Origin: a bacterium
GTDB taxonomy: Bacteria; Calescibacteriota; Calescibacteriia; Calescibacteriales; Calescibacteriaceae
Direction of reading: 5' to 3'
Assembly: GCA_030550715.1 (NCBI GenBank)
Contig: JAUQOU010000007.1
Location: forward strand, 1 to 62,569
DNA: 62,569 nt
The notes under the pieces are model-generated. The model did no database searches, was not told the DNA's origin, and worked only from the letters and a program-made list of their open reading frames with translations. The position numbers were made by a program, and so were the translations under genes. This document shows positions 1-9,682 of this stretch, one piece after another. Position 1 is the stretch's first letter. Each line of letters opens with the position of its first letter.

Positions 1-1296
1 AATCCTATCTGCTGGATAATCCTTTTCGCAAAGATCCTCTACTATCTCCTCTATGGCTTTTTTCTGGTCAGGTGTCTCCTCAAACAAAAATGTTTGAGAA
101 AGGTGCGATAAAATATCATCTGCCCTGAAATACGGAGGTCTTTTTATAGCTCTCCTCAAAGCTATAGCACGCATAAAATGAGAAAGCTGTCTTTCTATAA
201 ATTGTTTAACTCTCTTTTTTCTCAGAGCAAATGTTTTCCCCCCAAGCTCATCAAGAGGAGGATTATCTATACCTATGTACTTATGAAGTAGAGAAATATC
301 TTCTGCCCTTATGTAGAGCATCGCAGAATCTTTGTATTCTATCTTCAAAAATTCTCTTCCATACTCTATCGTTGTTCCTCTAAAAATCCCTATTCCGTGA
401 ACTTTATGGACAACATACGTTCCTTCTTGTAGCTCTTCAAGATTTATCGGAGGGAGTTTTGGTTTTGTTTCCTTTTTCTTTTTGGAAGAAAAAAGCTCAA
501 AAGATACAACTGCAAACTTCCTTTCAGGAATAATGAACGGGTATGGAAGATTTACTGCTCTTTTTGTCTTCGTTCCAAGACCTTTTGCGAATTCTTCTTC
601 ATAAGAATCTCTGACGACAAAGATTATTTCATATCCCTTTGAGAGAAGTTCTTCGATATTTTCTTTTCCTTTTAGAAAATCTTTCGCATCCAAAATTTTC
701 AGAGATAAAACTTCTTCAAGCAATTTCAAGCTTTGTGTTTTCTTTGAGTGTTCATCACAGAGCTCACCTTTGCAGAAGCAAAAAACGTTTTCAAAATAAT
801 CTGAAACCTTTACAGATTTTACATCTGTTCTTGAATCAATGCGAAAGCTCTTCAATCTTTCTATCTTGTATTCGTCTTGATGAATAAGATATATTTTCTC
901 AACAACATCAAAAAATAGCTCAATCCTAATCTTTTTACCTTTCTTTATAACTATTTCAAAAACATCTCCGACAAGAGAAAAATCTCCTTCTTCATAAGGG
1001 TCAAAACTCACTCTTGAATATCCGTTTTTCACAAGAAATGTCAAGATATATTCTGGCTTTATTTTCATCTGCTCTTCAAGATGTAGGGAGTTTTGGGGGA
1101 GCTGAAAGAAATCAGATAGCTTTGAAGGATTGTCAAGAACCAAAATACCATCTCCGGGGAAATAAGAGAATTTTTTACCTTTGATTGTAAGAGAGGCGGA
1201 AAAAAACTTTGCTTCTTCCTTGTTCCGAAAAACAAAAATAGAACTATCCGGAACATCAAAGATGAACGGTATTGCAGATATTTGAGCTAACTTCAT
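1..1296 (-). CDS. mfd: Transcription-repair coupling factor Mfd, N-terminal 432 codons (rest runs off the left window edge)
   Basis: Absent from the ORF track because it has no stop in the window. Hand translation of the reverse strand from ATG 1296-1294 (MKLAQISAIPFIFDVPDSS...) appears open to position 1 (about half the length checked codon by codon). Contains the CarD/TRCF RNAP-interaction motif 'YVVHKVHGIGIFRG...EFLKIEYKDSAMLYIRAEDISLLHKYIG' followed by 'FLFEETPDQKKAIEEI', which precedes the helicase core in Mfd. Confidence 0.85.
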   Translation of the reverse strand, partial: MKLAQISAIPFIFDVPDSSIFVFRNKEEAKFFSASLTIKGKKFSYFPGDGILVLDNPSKLSDFFQLPQNSLHLEEQMKIKPEYILTFLVKNGYSRVSFDPYEEGDFSLVGDVFEIVIKKGKKIRIELFFDVVEKIYLIHQDEYKIERLKSFRIDSRTDVKSVKVSDYFENVFCFCKGELCDEHSKKTQSLKLLEEVLSLKILDAKDFLKGKENIEELLSKGYEIIFVVRDSYEEEFAKGLGTKTKRAVNLPYPFIIPERKFAVVSFELFSSKKKKETKPKLPPINLEELQEGTYVVHKVHGIGIFRGTTIEYGREFLKIEYKDSAMLYIRAEDISLLHKYIGIDNPPLDELGGKTFALRKKRVKQFIERQLSHFMRAIALRRAIKRPPYFRADDILSHLSQTFLFEETPDQKKAIEEIVEDLCEKDYPADRI

Positions 1297-1439
1297 CTTT
1301 GATACAAAATAAAAACTTTCTCTAAATCGCAAAAAGATTAACAAAGATACAATTTTTTGTCTATATTAACTCCTACGCTCTTTGCAAGAAGAGTTAGGAT
1401 AAAATTCCATAAAAAACATCTTATATTTTCATAGGGGTT

Positions 1440-1995
1440 GTTTTTAAATTCCCCCAATTTCTATTTCTCCGGCAAGAATGTCGTCCTCTGAGGTAGCTTT
1501 TTATATATATTTTCTGATTAGCATGAAAATCTTATGGGTTGTGTTATAAGAAAGGTTTAGCTCTTTTGAGGCTCTTATTATAGAGACTTCAAGCTCAAAA
1601 AGCTTAAGAGCTAGGACAAATTTAGTGAAAGGGACTTTTAAGTCTTCAAGAATACTGTATTTTCTGGTGCTCCACTCTTTTTTGTAGCGATAACATTTAA
1701 AGGAGTTTCTTCTGACCTTGCCAAAGTGTAGCCTGCTACAGTAAGGGCATTGTGTGAAGGACCTTAGAACACCTTTTTTCTCAAGAATTCTTCTGCTTTC
1801 CGCTCATTTGCTATAACTTCTGATAGAGTTAATAAATCCATCTGCCACCTCCTAATTTAATTATACAAAGAGTAGAATATTTTAAGCACACTATATGAAG
1901 TTATTTTATCTCACAATCTTTCACTATGTTCATGTCAATCACCCACTAATTATAAATAAATAATTTTTCTCCGCAAAGTGTTGGAATTGAGCCAG
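1440..1995 (-). mobile_element. Degraded IS1595-family (ISXO2-like) insertion sequence remnant: 5' third of the transposase gene, frameshifted and truncated
   Basis: Reverse strand has AGGAGGTGGCAG-ATG at 1841, giving MDLLTLSEVIANERKAEEFLRKK. A frameshift in the A-run then leads to GVLRSFTQCPYCSRLHFGKVRRNSFKCYRYKKEWSTRKYSILEDLKVPFTKFVLALKLFELEVSIIRASKELNLSYNTTHKIFMLIRKYI*, a zinc-ribbon plus HTH N-terminus typical of IS1595 transposases. The catalytic-domain start '..LAGEIEIGG' breaks off near 1440. A possible terminal inverted repeat at 1979-1993 resembles the 9621-9645 end of the second relic. Confidence 0.6.
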
Positions 1996-2226
1996 TTTTC
2001 TTATTTGCTTTTTAGTGGTGTTAAAATAAGAAACCCAGCAAAATTTTGAGTAAATAATAACTAACAGACCATCTTAGTAGAAGCATTGGAGTACAATGGC
2101 TTCAAGAAATAAGTAGAAAAGAAAAGCAAAAATGCCTTCATATTGGAAATAGCTATTTATAAAAATCCTATCCTAAAATCTACATTTTAAAGAGCGAACT
2201 TTTAATATAACCAAGTATAACCAAGA

Positions 2227-2889
2227 ATGAGCTCAAAAGTAAATTGGAGAAACTTTTTCTCAAATCTCTATCAATCTTATAAGCCAGATTATGTAAGAAG
2301 CGGATACGGTTCAGAGTTTGCTCTCTTTCTCAGAAAGCTCGTCATAAAAAGAGCAAAAGAGAAGTTTTACAAAAACGGTATTGTTCTTGATATAGGTTGC
2401 GGAATAGGTAATTTTTCACAATACTTTCCAAAAGAAAAGTATGTAGGAATAGATATAGTTAAAAAGGCGATTCAAGAGGCAAAAGAAAAATATGCTCTAA
2501 ATTTACTGCTCTCTGATGCACAAAAATTACCGTTCAAGAAAGATTCGTTTTCATTTGTAATAGCAGTAGAGGTCCTGCAATACATTGAAAACAAAGATTT
2601 ATTTTTTGAAGAAGTTCTGAGAGTTATGAAATCTGATGGGAATTGTGTTCTGATAACCCAGAACCCTGATTCAATAATATGGAAATTGAGAATGAAAAAG
2701 AGAGGCAGGTCTCCGCTTCTTTTCGCAAGCATTGAAGAAATAGAGAGAATTTTGGGAAAAGACAAGATAATGATTTTGGGAGGAATATATACCCCTTTTG
2801 ACTTTCTACTTCTTCTCTCTCTCCCGAACTTTCCCAAAGAATTCATAAAACAATTTGCAAAGTCATTTTATGTTGTGTTCAGAAAATAG
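2227..2889 (+). CDS. Class I SAM-dependent methyltransferase
   Basis: SAM-binding motif I 'VLDIGCGIGNFSQYF' and acidic-loop/motif II region 'DAQKLPFKKDSFSFVIAVEVLQYI', a typical Methyltransf_11-like layout. Confidence 0.8.
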   Translation: MSSKVNWRNFFSNLYQSYKPDYVRSGYGSEFALFLRKLVIKRAKEKFYKNGIVLDIGCGIGNFSQYFPKEKYVGIDIVKKAIQEAKEKYALNLLLSDAQKLPFKKDSFSFVIAVEVLQYIENKDLFFEEVLRVMKSDGNCVLITQNPDSIIWKLRMKKRGRSPLLFASIEEIERILGKDKIMILGGIYTPFDFLLLLSLPNFPKEFIKQFAKSFYVVFRK

Positions 2890-2908
2890 ATAAATTATTG
2901 GTAAAGTT

Positions 2909-3307
2909 ATGAGCGAGCTTTCAAAAATGAAGAAGGAAGAAGAAAAATATAACATAAGAAAAACAAAAGGAAAAATCGCGGAAGATATCGCATGCCAATA
3001 CCTTGAAAACAAAGGTTATAAAATCATAAAGAGAAATTTCAGGACAAGATACGGAGAGATAGACATAATAGCTTTGTCTCCTTCAAATGTGCTATGTTTT
3101 GTTGAAGTAAAAAGTGCGGAGAAAAATTCCAAACACCCCGAAGAATCAATAAACCAGAGAAAAATAAGCAAAATCTTGAAAAACGCTGAAATATTCATCT
3201 CACAGAACAAAGAATTTTCTCAACTTGAAACGAGATTTGATGTAATAACGATAAAAAATAGTGAGATAAATCATATAGAAGACGCGTTCTCAGAAAGTGA
3301 TTTGTAG
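2909..3307 (+). CDS. yraN: YraN-family (UPF0102) putative endonuclease
   Basis: 'GKIAEDIACQYLENKGYKIIKRNFRTRYGEIDIIAL...LCFVEVKS...RFDVITI' matches the conserved YraN pattern (G..E..A..YL...G..I...N.R...GEIDII, FVEVK). Confidence 0.8.
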   Translation: MSELSKMKKEEEKYNIRKTKGKIAEDIACQYLENKGYKIIKRNFRTRYGEIDIIALSPSNVLCFVEVKSAEKNSKHPEESINQRKISKILKNAEIFISQNKEFSQLETRFDVITIKNSEINHIEDAFSESDL

Positions 3308-3484
3308 CAAGGGAAAAGTTATGCGAAATCATCGTCAGTCAAATCTTTTTAGCTTTGAGCATGTTCATTTTGCAGAGGTTGATAAAAAATTAAAATAAAA
3401 CTTTGCTCAACAGCGAACATACTACTACTCTTTCCCACTCAAATTAGCTTCACTTCATCGCCAAATTCGCAAGCCTGCCAACCA

Positions 3485-4774
3485 TTATGCGAAAAAGATT
3501 TTCATAAAAATATAGTAGAGAGCTGAGTTCAAGAGAGTAATTGGAAACCCAAACTTTACAAATTCAAAAAACCTTATTCCTTCGCCTTTTCTTTTTTCTG
3601 ATGCCTGAATTATTATAACATTGCTCGCAGCACCCAAAATCGTGAGGTTACCAGCAATAGTACTTGATACGGCTAAAACCAAGAGAGAAAAAATATCTTC
3701 CCTGCTAAGTGAAGGCAAAATAAGCATAGTAAGTGGGACATTAGATACAAGCTGGCTCAAAAGAATTCCAGCACCAAAAAGATAAAGATGCGAGGTGAGG
3801 TCAAATTGAAATATGAGTTTCTGGAATAATTTTGTTTCCCATACTGATTTCATAAGGACAAACATTGAGACAAAGAAAATAAGAGTTTTCCAATCAACAT
3901 TTTTAAGTACTCTCAAAGTCCTTCCACCAAAGAGCAAAACCGGTAAAGCCGAAACAAAAGTTATATAATGTATAGGGAATTTTATATCCAGTCCAAGAAA
4001 AATTGCAATGGTTCTGAAAACTATGAGCATAATAAGTAAAGTCATTGAGAGTTTAGAGACAATCTCAAGTCTCTTTTGAGATTTTTCAAAAGAACGCTCG
4101 GTCTCCAAAAATTCTTTGCCCTGAACAAAATCTTTCATCTCTGAAAAACTTATCTTGAAATCTTTTATCCTGTAAAGAGTTTTAAGAAAAAAAGGAGTAA
4201 TCACAAGATTCACAACAGTTGGAGCAAAAAGATAGATAAAAAATATCCAAAATTCATTGCCGAAATTTCCATAATGAGCTATGAGGAAGTTCTGCGGATT
4301 TCCTATGGGACTCATTACGCTACCTATCGTAACCGAGAAAGCAAGAAGAAGCAAAAAGAACTTTTCGTCAACCCCACAAATTCGTGAGATATAAATGCCA
4401 ACGGGAGTTGCTATTATAGCCACAGTATCGTTCATCAAAATTGCAGATGAGAACCCCATGAGCAAACTGAAAAATAGAATAAGATGACCAAAACTCTTCA
4501 CTCTTTTTAAGATACCATAGGACAGCTTTTGAAGATATCCGCTTTCTTCAAGAGCAGAACCTATAACAAACATACTGAAAAGAAACAAAATAACATCAAA
4601 ATCAATGGCCCTAAAAGCTTCTTGAAGAGAAATTCCACCAGATAAGATAACAATGAAGGAACCAATAACCATAGCTTGCCATATCTCAAACTTGATACCT
4701 CTCAAACTTCTCAAAGAGATAAGAACGATAACAAGAGCAAGAGATAGTACAGGAACAAACTCCCGAAGAAACAT
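3485..4774 (-). CDS. ArsB/NhaD-superfamily anion permease (SLC13 / citrate-transporter-like)
   Basis: Polytopic membrane protein in two halves separated by a charged loop. The 'SPIGNPQNFLIA' motif is characteristic of the ArsB/NhaD permease superfamily. Confidence 0.65.
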   Translation of the reverse strand: MFLREFVPVLSLALVIVLISLRSLRGIKFEIWQAMVIGSFIVILSGGISLQEAFRAIDFDVILFLFSMFVIGSALEESGYLQKLSYGILKRVKSFGHLILFFSLLMGFSSAILMNDTVAIIATPVGIYISRICGVDEKFFLLLLAFSVTIGSVMSPIGNPQNFLIAHYGNFGNEFWIFFIYLFAPTVVNLVITPFFLKTLYRIKDFKISFSEMKDFVQGKEFLETERSFEKSQKRLEIVSKLSMTLLIMLIVFRTIAIFLGLDIKFPIHYITFVSALPVLLFGGRTLRVLKNVDWKTLIFFVSMFVLMKSVWETKLFQKLIFQFDLTSHLYLFGAGILLSQLVSNVPLTMLILPSLSREDIFSLLVLAVSSTIAGNLTILGAASNVIIIQASEKRKGEGIRFFEFVKFGFPITLLNSALYYIFMKIFFA

Positions 4775-4883
4775 CTTAAAATTTCAAAAATATAAAACAA
4801 AAGAAACAAAAAATGAGAAAAACAAAATTTTAGCTATCAAAATATCTAAGTATCAGGTTTGATATAATTGTGAATTTTCCAGA

Positions 4884-5270
4884 ATGCAGGTGATAGAAGA
4901 GATAAAAAAAATTTTTGAAGAGATTATCCTATCACTTTCCAGAATATACCAAGTAATCGTTTCATCAGAAGAAGGAATCTTTTCAAAAGAAATAGAAGAA
5001 AATTTAGATAAGTTGAAAGAGTTATTCCAGGCATTACAAAAGAATCTTTCCGACCTTTTAAACAAGAAGGATGTCCAGCCAGTAGATATTTCAGAAATAA
5101 TAAACCTATGCGCAAAGGCAGGAGATATATCAGAAAAAATTGAAAGCAAACTGAAAGATATAGCGGAAAAAGACGCAAAGAAAATAGAATCTCTAATGAG
5201 ATTGCAGGAACAGATAAAATCGGCTCTATCATTTATCTCAAAAGGGAAAAAATTAGAGTTCAAAACCTAA
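4884..5270 (+). CDS. Hypothetical coiled-coil protein
   Basis: K/E-rich heptad-like sequence with normal composition for this genome. The competing antisense ORFs (4853..5263, 4924..5232) are S/F/I-rich shadow ORFs. Confidence 0.45.
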   Translation: MQVIEEIKKIFEEIILSLSRIYQVIVSSEEGIFSKEIEENLDKLKELFQALQKNLSDLLNKKDVQPVDISEIINLCAKAGDISEKIESKLKDIAEKDAKKIESLMRLQEQIKSALSFISKGKKLEFKT

Positions 5271-5290
5271 AACAGGAAAAACAGACCATT

Positions 5291-6445
5291 TCACCTTATT
5301 CCTAACTGACCATGCAAATTACTCCCTTGACAGAAAACTTTACCATTTTTCTTGACATAGCAAAAGTGATATGCCCCCAAAGATAGAGATATAACATCAT
5401 CATCTATCTTGAAAGGTGAAGGATAGTGAATTGAATTCCAGCACCAAAGAGAACCATCTTGTTTTATAGCACAACCAAAAGCATTACCTATATCTGCAAA
5501 AATAACATCGTCTAAAACTTTTCTCGGAGGATAAATTATCTCATCACTACCAAATTCTCTTCCGAAGCACCAAAGGGAATTATCTTTTTTCAGGAAACAT
5601 GTCTGATATCCATCTCCGGCATAAACATTCAAGACATCAAACGCAAACGATTCACGACCTTCGTAGTTTACGAAAGAAGTCGCCGTCTGGTTATACATAT
5701 TCCAACCACAGCACTTTAAAGTTCCGTCTTTTTTGAGATAGCACGAATGTCCGCCCCCATAGGGAAAAGAAATAATATCTCCGATAGCACCGTAATATCC
5801 CCCACAGGTAAAAGATACAACTTCACCAGTTATAAAGGAAGGAGAGGTTTTAGGTATATTTGTTCCATCACACAACTCGCCAAACTTATTATTTCCCCAG
5901 CACCAGAGAGAATTATCATTCTTCAAAATACATCCGTGAGATTGAGCAAGAGATAAAGATTTCACTTCATCTGCTATCTTTGTTGGATTGAGATTACAGT
6001 TTTTATTTTCTTTATTGTACTCATCACACGAATGTGTTCCCATTCCTCCATCTCCAAGTATCCCTCCGTTTAAACCCCAGCACCAGAGAGAACTATCTTT
6101 TTTGATTGTACAAGTTCTTCCAAACGAAGCAGAAACATAGATAACATCGTTCATAACCTTCGTAGGAAGGAACTTCTGGTTTAAAGGTAAATTTCCATTT
6201 ATAGCTCCTTCGTAATTAGTTCCCCAGCACCAAAGGGAACCATCTTTTTTTATCGCGCATGTGTGATATTGACCAGCAGAAACAGAAATAAATTCATCTA
6301 ATCCTCTAACTTCAACAGGAGAGGAGTAGTAATCATTAGTATGCTCTTTTTTCTCACATGAGTATGCTAAAAATAAAAGTAAGATAGAAAGGTAGATTTT
6401 CAATTCAGAAAAATCAAAAGCATAAAAGATTTTCCAATTCTTCAT
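5291..6445 (-). CDS. Secreted RCC1-like seven-repeat beta-propeller protein
   Basis: N-terminal hydrophobic signal ending in Cys (LLLFLAYSC). Seven repeats of the RCC1-type pattern 'H.C.(I/L)KKD(G/S/N)SLWCWG.N..G.LG': SLWCWGTN, SLWCWGLN, SLWCWGNN, TLKCCGWN, SLWCFGRE, SLWCWNS, KVFCQGSN. Confidence 0.75.
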   Translation of the reverse strand: MKNWKIFYAFDFSELKIYLSILLLFLAYSCEKKEHTNDYYSSPVEVRGLDEFISVSAGQYHTCAIKKDGSLWCWGTNYEGAINGNLPLNQKFLPTKVMNDVIYVSASFGRTCTIKKDSSLWCWGLNGGILGDGGMGTHSCDEYNKENKNCNLNPTKIADEVKSLSLAQSHGCILKNDNSLWCWGNNKFGELCDGTNIPKTSPSFITGEVVSFTCGGYYGAIGDIISFPYGGGHSCYLKKDGTLKCCGWNMYNQTATSFVNYEGRESFAFDVLNVYAGDGYQTCFLKKDNSLWCFGREFGSDEIIYPPRKVLDDVIFADIGNAFGCAIKQDGSLWCWNSIHYPSPFKIDDDVISLSLGAYHFCYVKKNGKVFCQGSNLHGQLGIR

Positions 6446-6523
6446 AAACTTGCTTATCCCTCGTTAATAGTAAATTTAATAAAAGTTTTCAGGACAGAAT
6501 TATTATTCCTTTTTCAGAAGAAA

Positions 6524-7876
6524 ATGGACTTAAAGATAAATCCAGATGAGGCAGAACACCGAAAAATTAAGAGAAAAATTTCATCTTTGAAATCGTCTTT
6601 GAGAGAAAGAAAAGTTCTCACAAAAGTTCTTGAAAACATAGCTTGGCTACTTGCGGATAAGGTTATAAGGTTTGGCATAACGATGGTGATATCTGTTCTC
6701 GTAGCGAGATACCTTGGACCCGAAAAGTACGGTATTTTGAGTTATGCTTCTGCGCTGACTTTTTTAGTTCTTCCCTTAGCCACACTATCTTTTGATCCAT
6801 TAATCATAAGGGAGCTTTCACAGAAGGAGGGAAAAATTATGATTTTGGAAAACGCCTTTACTTTGAGGTTTATAAGCTCTATCCTATGCGTTGCTTCTCT
6901 CACTCTATTTTCTATTTTAAATGAAAAAGACATGACCGCAAAAAAAAGTATAATAATCTCTTCTCTTTCTCTTATTTTTTATTCCGCATACGTTATTGAC
7001 CTTTACTACCAATCTCTTCTCAAAAATTCTATTTCTGTACTTGTTTTCATATTTGGAACAATAATTTCTTCTGCTATAAAAATACTTTTCATTTTGACGA
7101 AAAGAGATGTTATATTCTTTGTTTTTGCAAATATCACAGAACAAATAATTTCTGCTTTTGCTTTTATTATTGTTTTTCGGATCAGAGAAAAAAGCTTATT
7201 CCCAAAATTCTCTCTATCCATATCAAAGGGGATATTTTTTAATTCTTTACCTCTTATTGTAGTTGGTGTTATGAACTCAATACAGGCAAGAATTGACCAG
7301 GTTTTTATCAATAACATGATAAGTTCTCGCGAGTTAGGATACTATTCAGCAGCGCTGAAAATAATTGAAATCTTATCATCTATACCTATGGCCTTGTTTC
7401 AGGTATCCCTTCCACCAATAGCCGAAGCAAAAAAAGTAAGCGAGGAAATATATGTATCAAGATTGAAAAGAGTTTATAGAGCTGTAATAACAATAACCTT
7501 TGGTCTTTGCATCATAACCGCAATATTTTCAAAACAAACAATAGATTTTGTCTTTGGTAAAGAATACGAACTCTCTTCAACTTTCCTACTGCTACTCAGT
7601 CCAAGATTAATCCTGAGTGGAATAGGTGTTGTAAGGGGCATATACATAACATGTGAAAACGCATTTTATTATTATCTCATTTCGTCTGCTGTAGGAGCTA
7701 TCTTAAATCTGATTTTCAACCTTATCTTTATACCGAAGTTCGGAGTAGTAGGAGCTATAGTGTCTTCTCTTACATCTTTCACTATCTCAACGGTTGTTTT
7801 AGATGTACTGTTCCCGAAAATGAGAGGGAATGTGAAAATAATGATAAAAAGCGTACTGCCTTTGAGTTGGAGATAG
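6524..7876 (+). CDS. Polysaccharide biosynthesis protein / Wzx-type flippase (MOP superfamily)
   Basis: About 12-14 TM segments. The N-terminal 'NIAWLLADKVIRFGITMVISVLVARYLGPEKYGILSYA' is the usual Wzx/polysacc_synt signature region. Confidence 0.7.
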   Translation: MDLKINPDEAEHRKIKRKISSLKSSLRERKVLTKVLENIAWLLADKVIRFGITMVISVLVARYLGPEKYGILSYASALTFLVLPLATLSFDPLIIRELSQKEGKIMILENAFTLRFISSILCVASLTLFSILNEKDMTAKKSIIISSLSLIFYSAYVIDLYYQSLLKNSISVLVFIFGTIISSAIKILFILTKRDVIFFVFANITEQIISAFAFIIVFRIREKSLFPKFSLSISKGIFFNSLPLIVVGVMNSIQARIDQVFINNMISSRELGYYSAALKIIEILSSIPMALFQVSLPPIAEAKKVSEEIYVSRLKRVYRAVITITFGLCIITAIFSKQTIDFVFGKEYELSSTFLLLLSPRLILSGIGVVRGIYITCENAFYYYLISSAVGAILNLIFNLIFIPKFGVVGAIVSSLTSFTISTVVLDVLFPKMRGNVKIMIKSVLPLSWR

Positions 7877-7918
7877 ATCTCTCGGCAGTTATTTTCTCAG
7901 ATTTCCGAAAAAAATTTC

Positions 7919-8917
7919 CTAACGCAACATACTTTTTAATCTTCTCAGGTCCTCTTCTACCATTATTCTTATGAGCTCTTCAAAAGTTGTTCTCGGTTCC
8001 CATCCAAGCTTTTTCTTAGCTTTTGAGTAGTCACCACGAAGTTCGTTTATTTCACCTGGTCTATACAATTTTTCATCTATAACAACATAGTCCCGCCAGT
8101 CAAGACCGACATAGCTGAAAGCTAATTCAACAAGCTCTCTTACAGAATGAGTTTTACATGTTGCTATGACATAATCATCTGGTTCATCTTGCTGGAGCAT
8201 AAGCCACATAGCCTCAACATATTCCGGAGCATATCCCCAGTCCCTCTTTGCATCAAGGTTTCCGAGTCGGAGTTCCTTAGCAAGTCCCAATTTGATCTTT
8301 GCTACGGTGTAAGATACCTTTCTTGTGACGAACTCCACACCCCTTCTTGGGGATTCATGATTAAAAAGTATTCCGTTTACAGCGAAGATGTTGTATGTCT
8401 CACGGTAATTTCTTGTAAGGTGAAATCCTGCAAGTTTTGATATACCATAGGGCGAACGAGGATAAAAAGGAGTTGATTCATTCTGTGGCGACTCCTTTGC
8501 ATTCCCGAACATCTCACTTGATGCAGCAAAGTAAAACTTACAATCAGGGGCTCTTTCTTTGATAGCAGAAAGAATAAAATGGGTTCCATTTATATTCACA
8601 TTCATAGTTGAGAACTCATCTTCAAAAGAATAGCTAACATAGCTTTGAGAAGCAAGATGATAGCACTCATCCGGCTTCACCTCTTCAACAACCTTGAAAA
8701 TACTTGCATAGCTTTCAAGAGAAGCAGGATGCAAGATAATTTTATCAAGTATATGTTTTATTCTCCACAACCTGTGTTCGGGGTCCTCAAAAGCAACACG
8801 TCTTACAATACCGTGGACCTCGTACCCCTTTGACAGCAAAAACTCGGCAAGGTAAGAGCCATCTTGACCTGTTATCCCTGTAATCAGGGCTTTTTTCTTC
8901 TTTCCCACAAAATACAA
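7919..8917 (-). CDS. gmd: GDP-mannose 4,6-dehydratase
   Basis: 'KKALITGITGQDGSYLAEFLLSKGYEVHGIVRR', 'SPYGISKLAGFHLTRNYRE', 'NGILFNHESPRRG' and 'LGNLDAKRDWGYAPEYVEAMWLMLQQDEPDDYVIAT' are near-canonical Gmd motifs. Confidence 0.93.
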   Translation of the reverse strand: MYFVGKKKKALITGITGQDGSYLAEFLLSKGYEVHGIVRRVAFEDPEHRLWRIKHILDKIILHPASLESYASIFKVVEEVKPDECYHLASQSYVSYSFEDEFSTMNVNINGTHFILSAIKERAPDCKFYFAASSEMFGNAKESPQNESTPFYPRSPYGISKLAGFHLTRNYRETYNIFAVNGILFNHESPRRGVEFVTRKVSYTVAKIKLGLAKELRLGNLDAKRDWGYAPEYVEAMWLMLQQDEPDDYVIATCKTHSVRELVELAFSYVGLDWRDYVVIDEKLYRPGEINELRGDYSKAKKKLGWEPRTTFEELIRIMVEEDLRRLKSMLR

Positions 8918-8945
8918 TTTAAGTCAAATAAAAATAACTCTGTTT

Positions 8946-9650
8946 CTCTTCAATTCCTTTGAAAAAAAGTGTGTGAAGAACCTTCGCACATTGCCTCCAT
9001 TGTGGTAATAAGCATATTGGTAAAGTCAGAAGGAAATTCTTAAAATGCTTTCGTTGTAAGCGATAATGGAGTATCCGAAAAGGTAGTATCCTTGAAAATC
9101 TTAAAATCCCTTTGGCTAAGTTCATATTAGCCCTTAAACTCTTTGATTTGGAAGTTCCTGTATTGAGAGATTCAAGAGAACTAAACCTTGCTTACAATAC
9201 TACTGATTTTTCATAAGGAAGCGAATATATGAGGTTGCTTGCAAGGATGATATACTTGGGGGCAAGGTAGAGATGGATGAGAGTTATTTGGTGGGAAAAT
9301 CAAAAGGCAGGAGAGGTATAGGAGTTTGTGGTAAGATACCTGTATTTGGCATATTGTAAAGAGGTGGAAAAGTGAAGGTGGAAATAGTCAAAGGACGAAT
9401 GGTCTGAAACTATACTAAAAGAAACGATAAAGAAGATCAAGAGAAGAGTTTGGTTATGTATGGATTTAAACATGATGAGGATTGATCACAGTTAGGAGAT
9501 TTGCTGATGGGAAAGTTTATATAAATGGCATAGAGGGATTTTGGGGTTATGCGAACGAGAGATTATTAAATTATCGTGTGTTAAAGAGGGATTTATTTGA
9601 AGAATTGTTAAGGATTGTTGGCGGTGGAATAAATTGAGCAATCACCAAAT
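8946..9650 (+). mobile_element. Degraded IS1595-family (ISXO2-like) transposase pseudogene, near full length but riddled with stops and frameshifts
   Basis: Fragments in shifting + frames: 'CLHCGNKHIGKVRRKFLKCFRCKR*WSIRKGSILENLKIPLAKFILALKLFDLEVPVLRDSRELNLAYNTT', 'VEMDESYLVGKSKGRRGIGVCGKIPVFGIL*RGGKVKVEIV', 'INGIEGFWGYANERLLNYR'. These are the zinc-ribbon, HTH and DDE (ISXO2-like) blocks of IS1595 transposases. Paralogous to the relic at 1440..1995 but in opposite orientation. Confidence 0.7.
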
Positions 9651-9682
9651 TTTTTCTACTCCAGATTTTCCGAACCCACTTT

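Noticed and set aside
639-1259. Track ORFs 639..887 (+) and 1065..1259 (-) as independent small genes.
   Set aside because: Both lie inside the mfd reading frame (reverse strand, appears open from 1296 to 1), which has unmistakable TRCF motifs. The track missed mfd only because its stop is outside the window.
2205-2226. Tandem 'ataaccaag' x2 immediately upstream of the methyltransferase start.
   Set aside because: Only two 9-nt units with no obvious regulatory logic. Likely chance.
3308-3484. Possible structured ncRNA in the 177-bp convergent intergenic region, which looks less A/T-monotonous than other spacers.
   Set aside because: Complementary segments (ttgagc/gctcaa, atgttc/gaacat, gggaaag/ctttccc) are not arranged as nested helices, and no known riboswitch or sRNA motif was recognised. 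Covariation data would be needed.
8919-9125. 68-aa ORF on the minus strand just upstream of gmd.
   Set aside because: It overlaps the + strand IS1595-type pseudogene fragment, whose zinc-ribbon/HTH remnants are readable on the other strand. Its composition is not protein-like.
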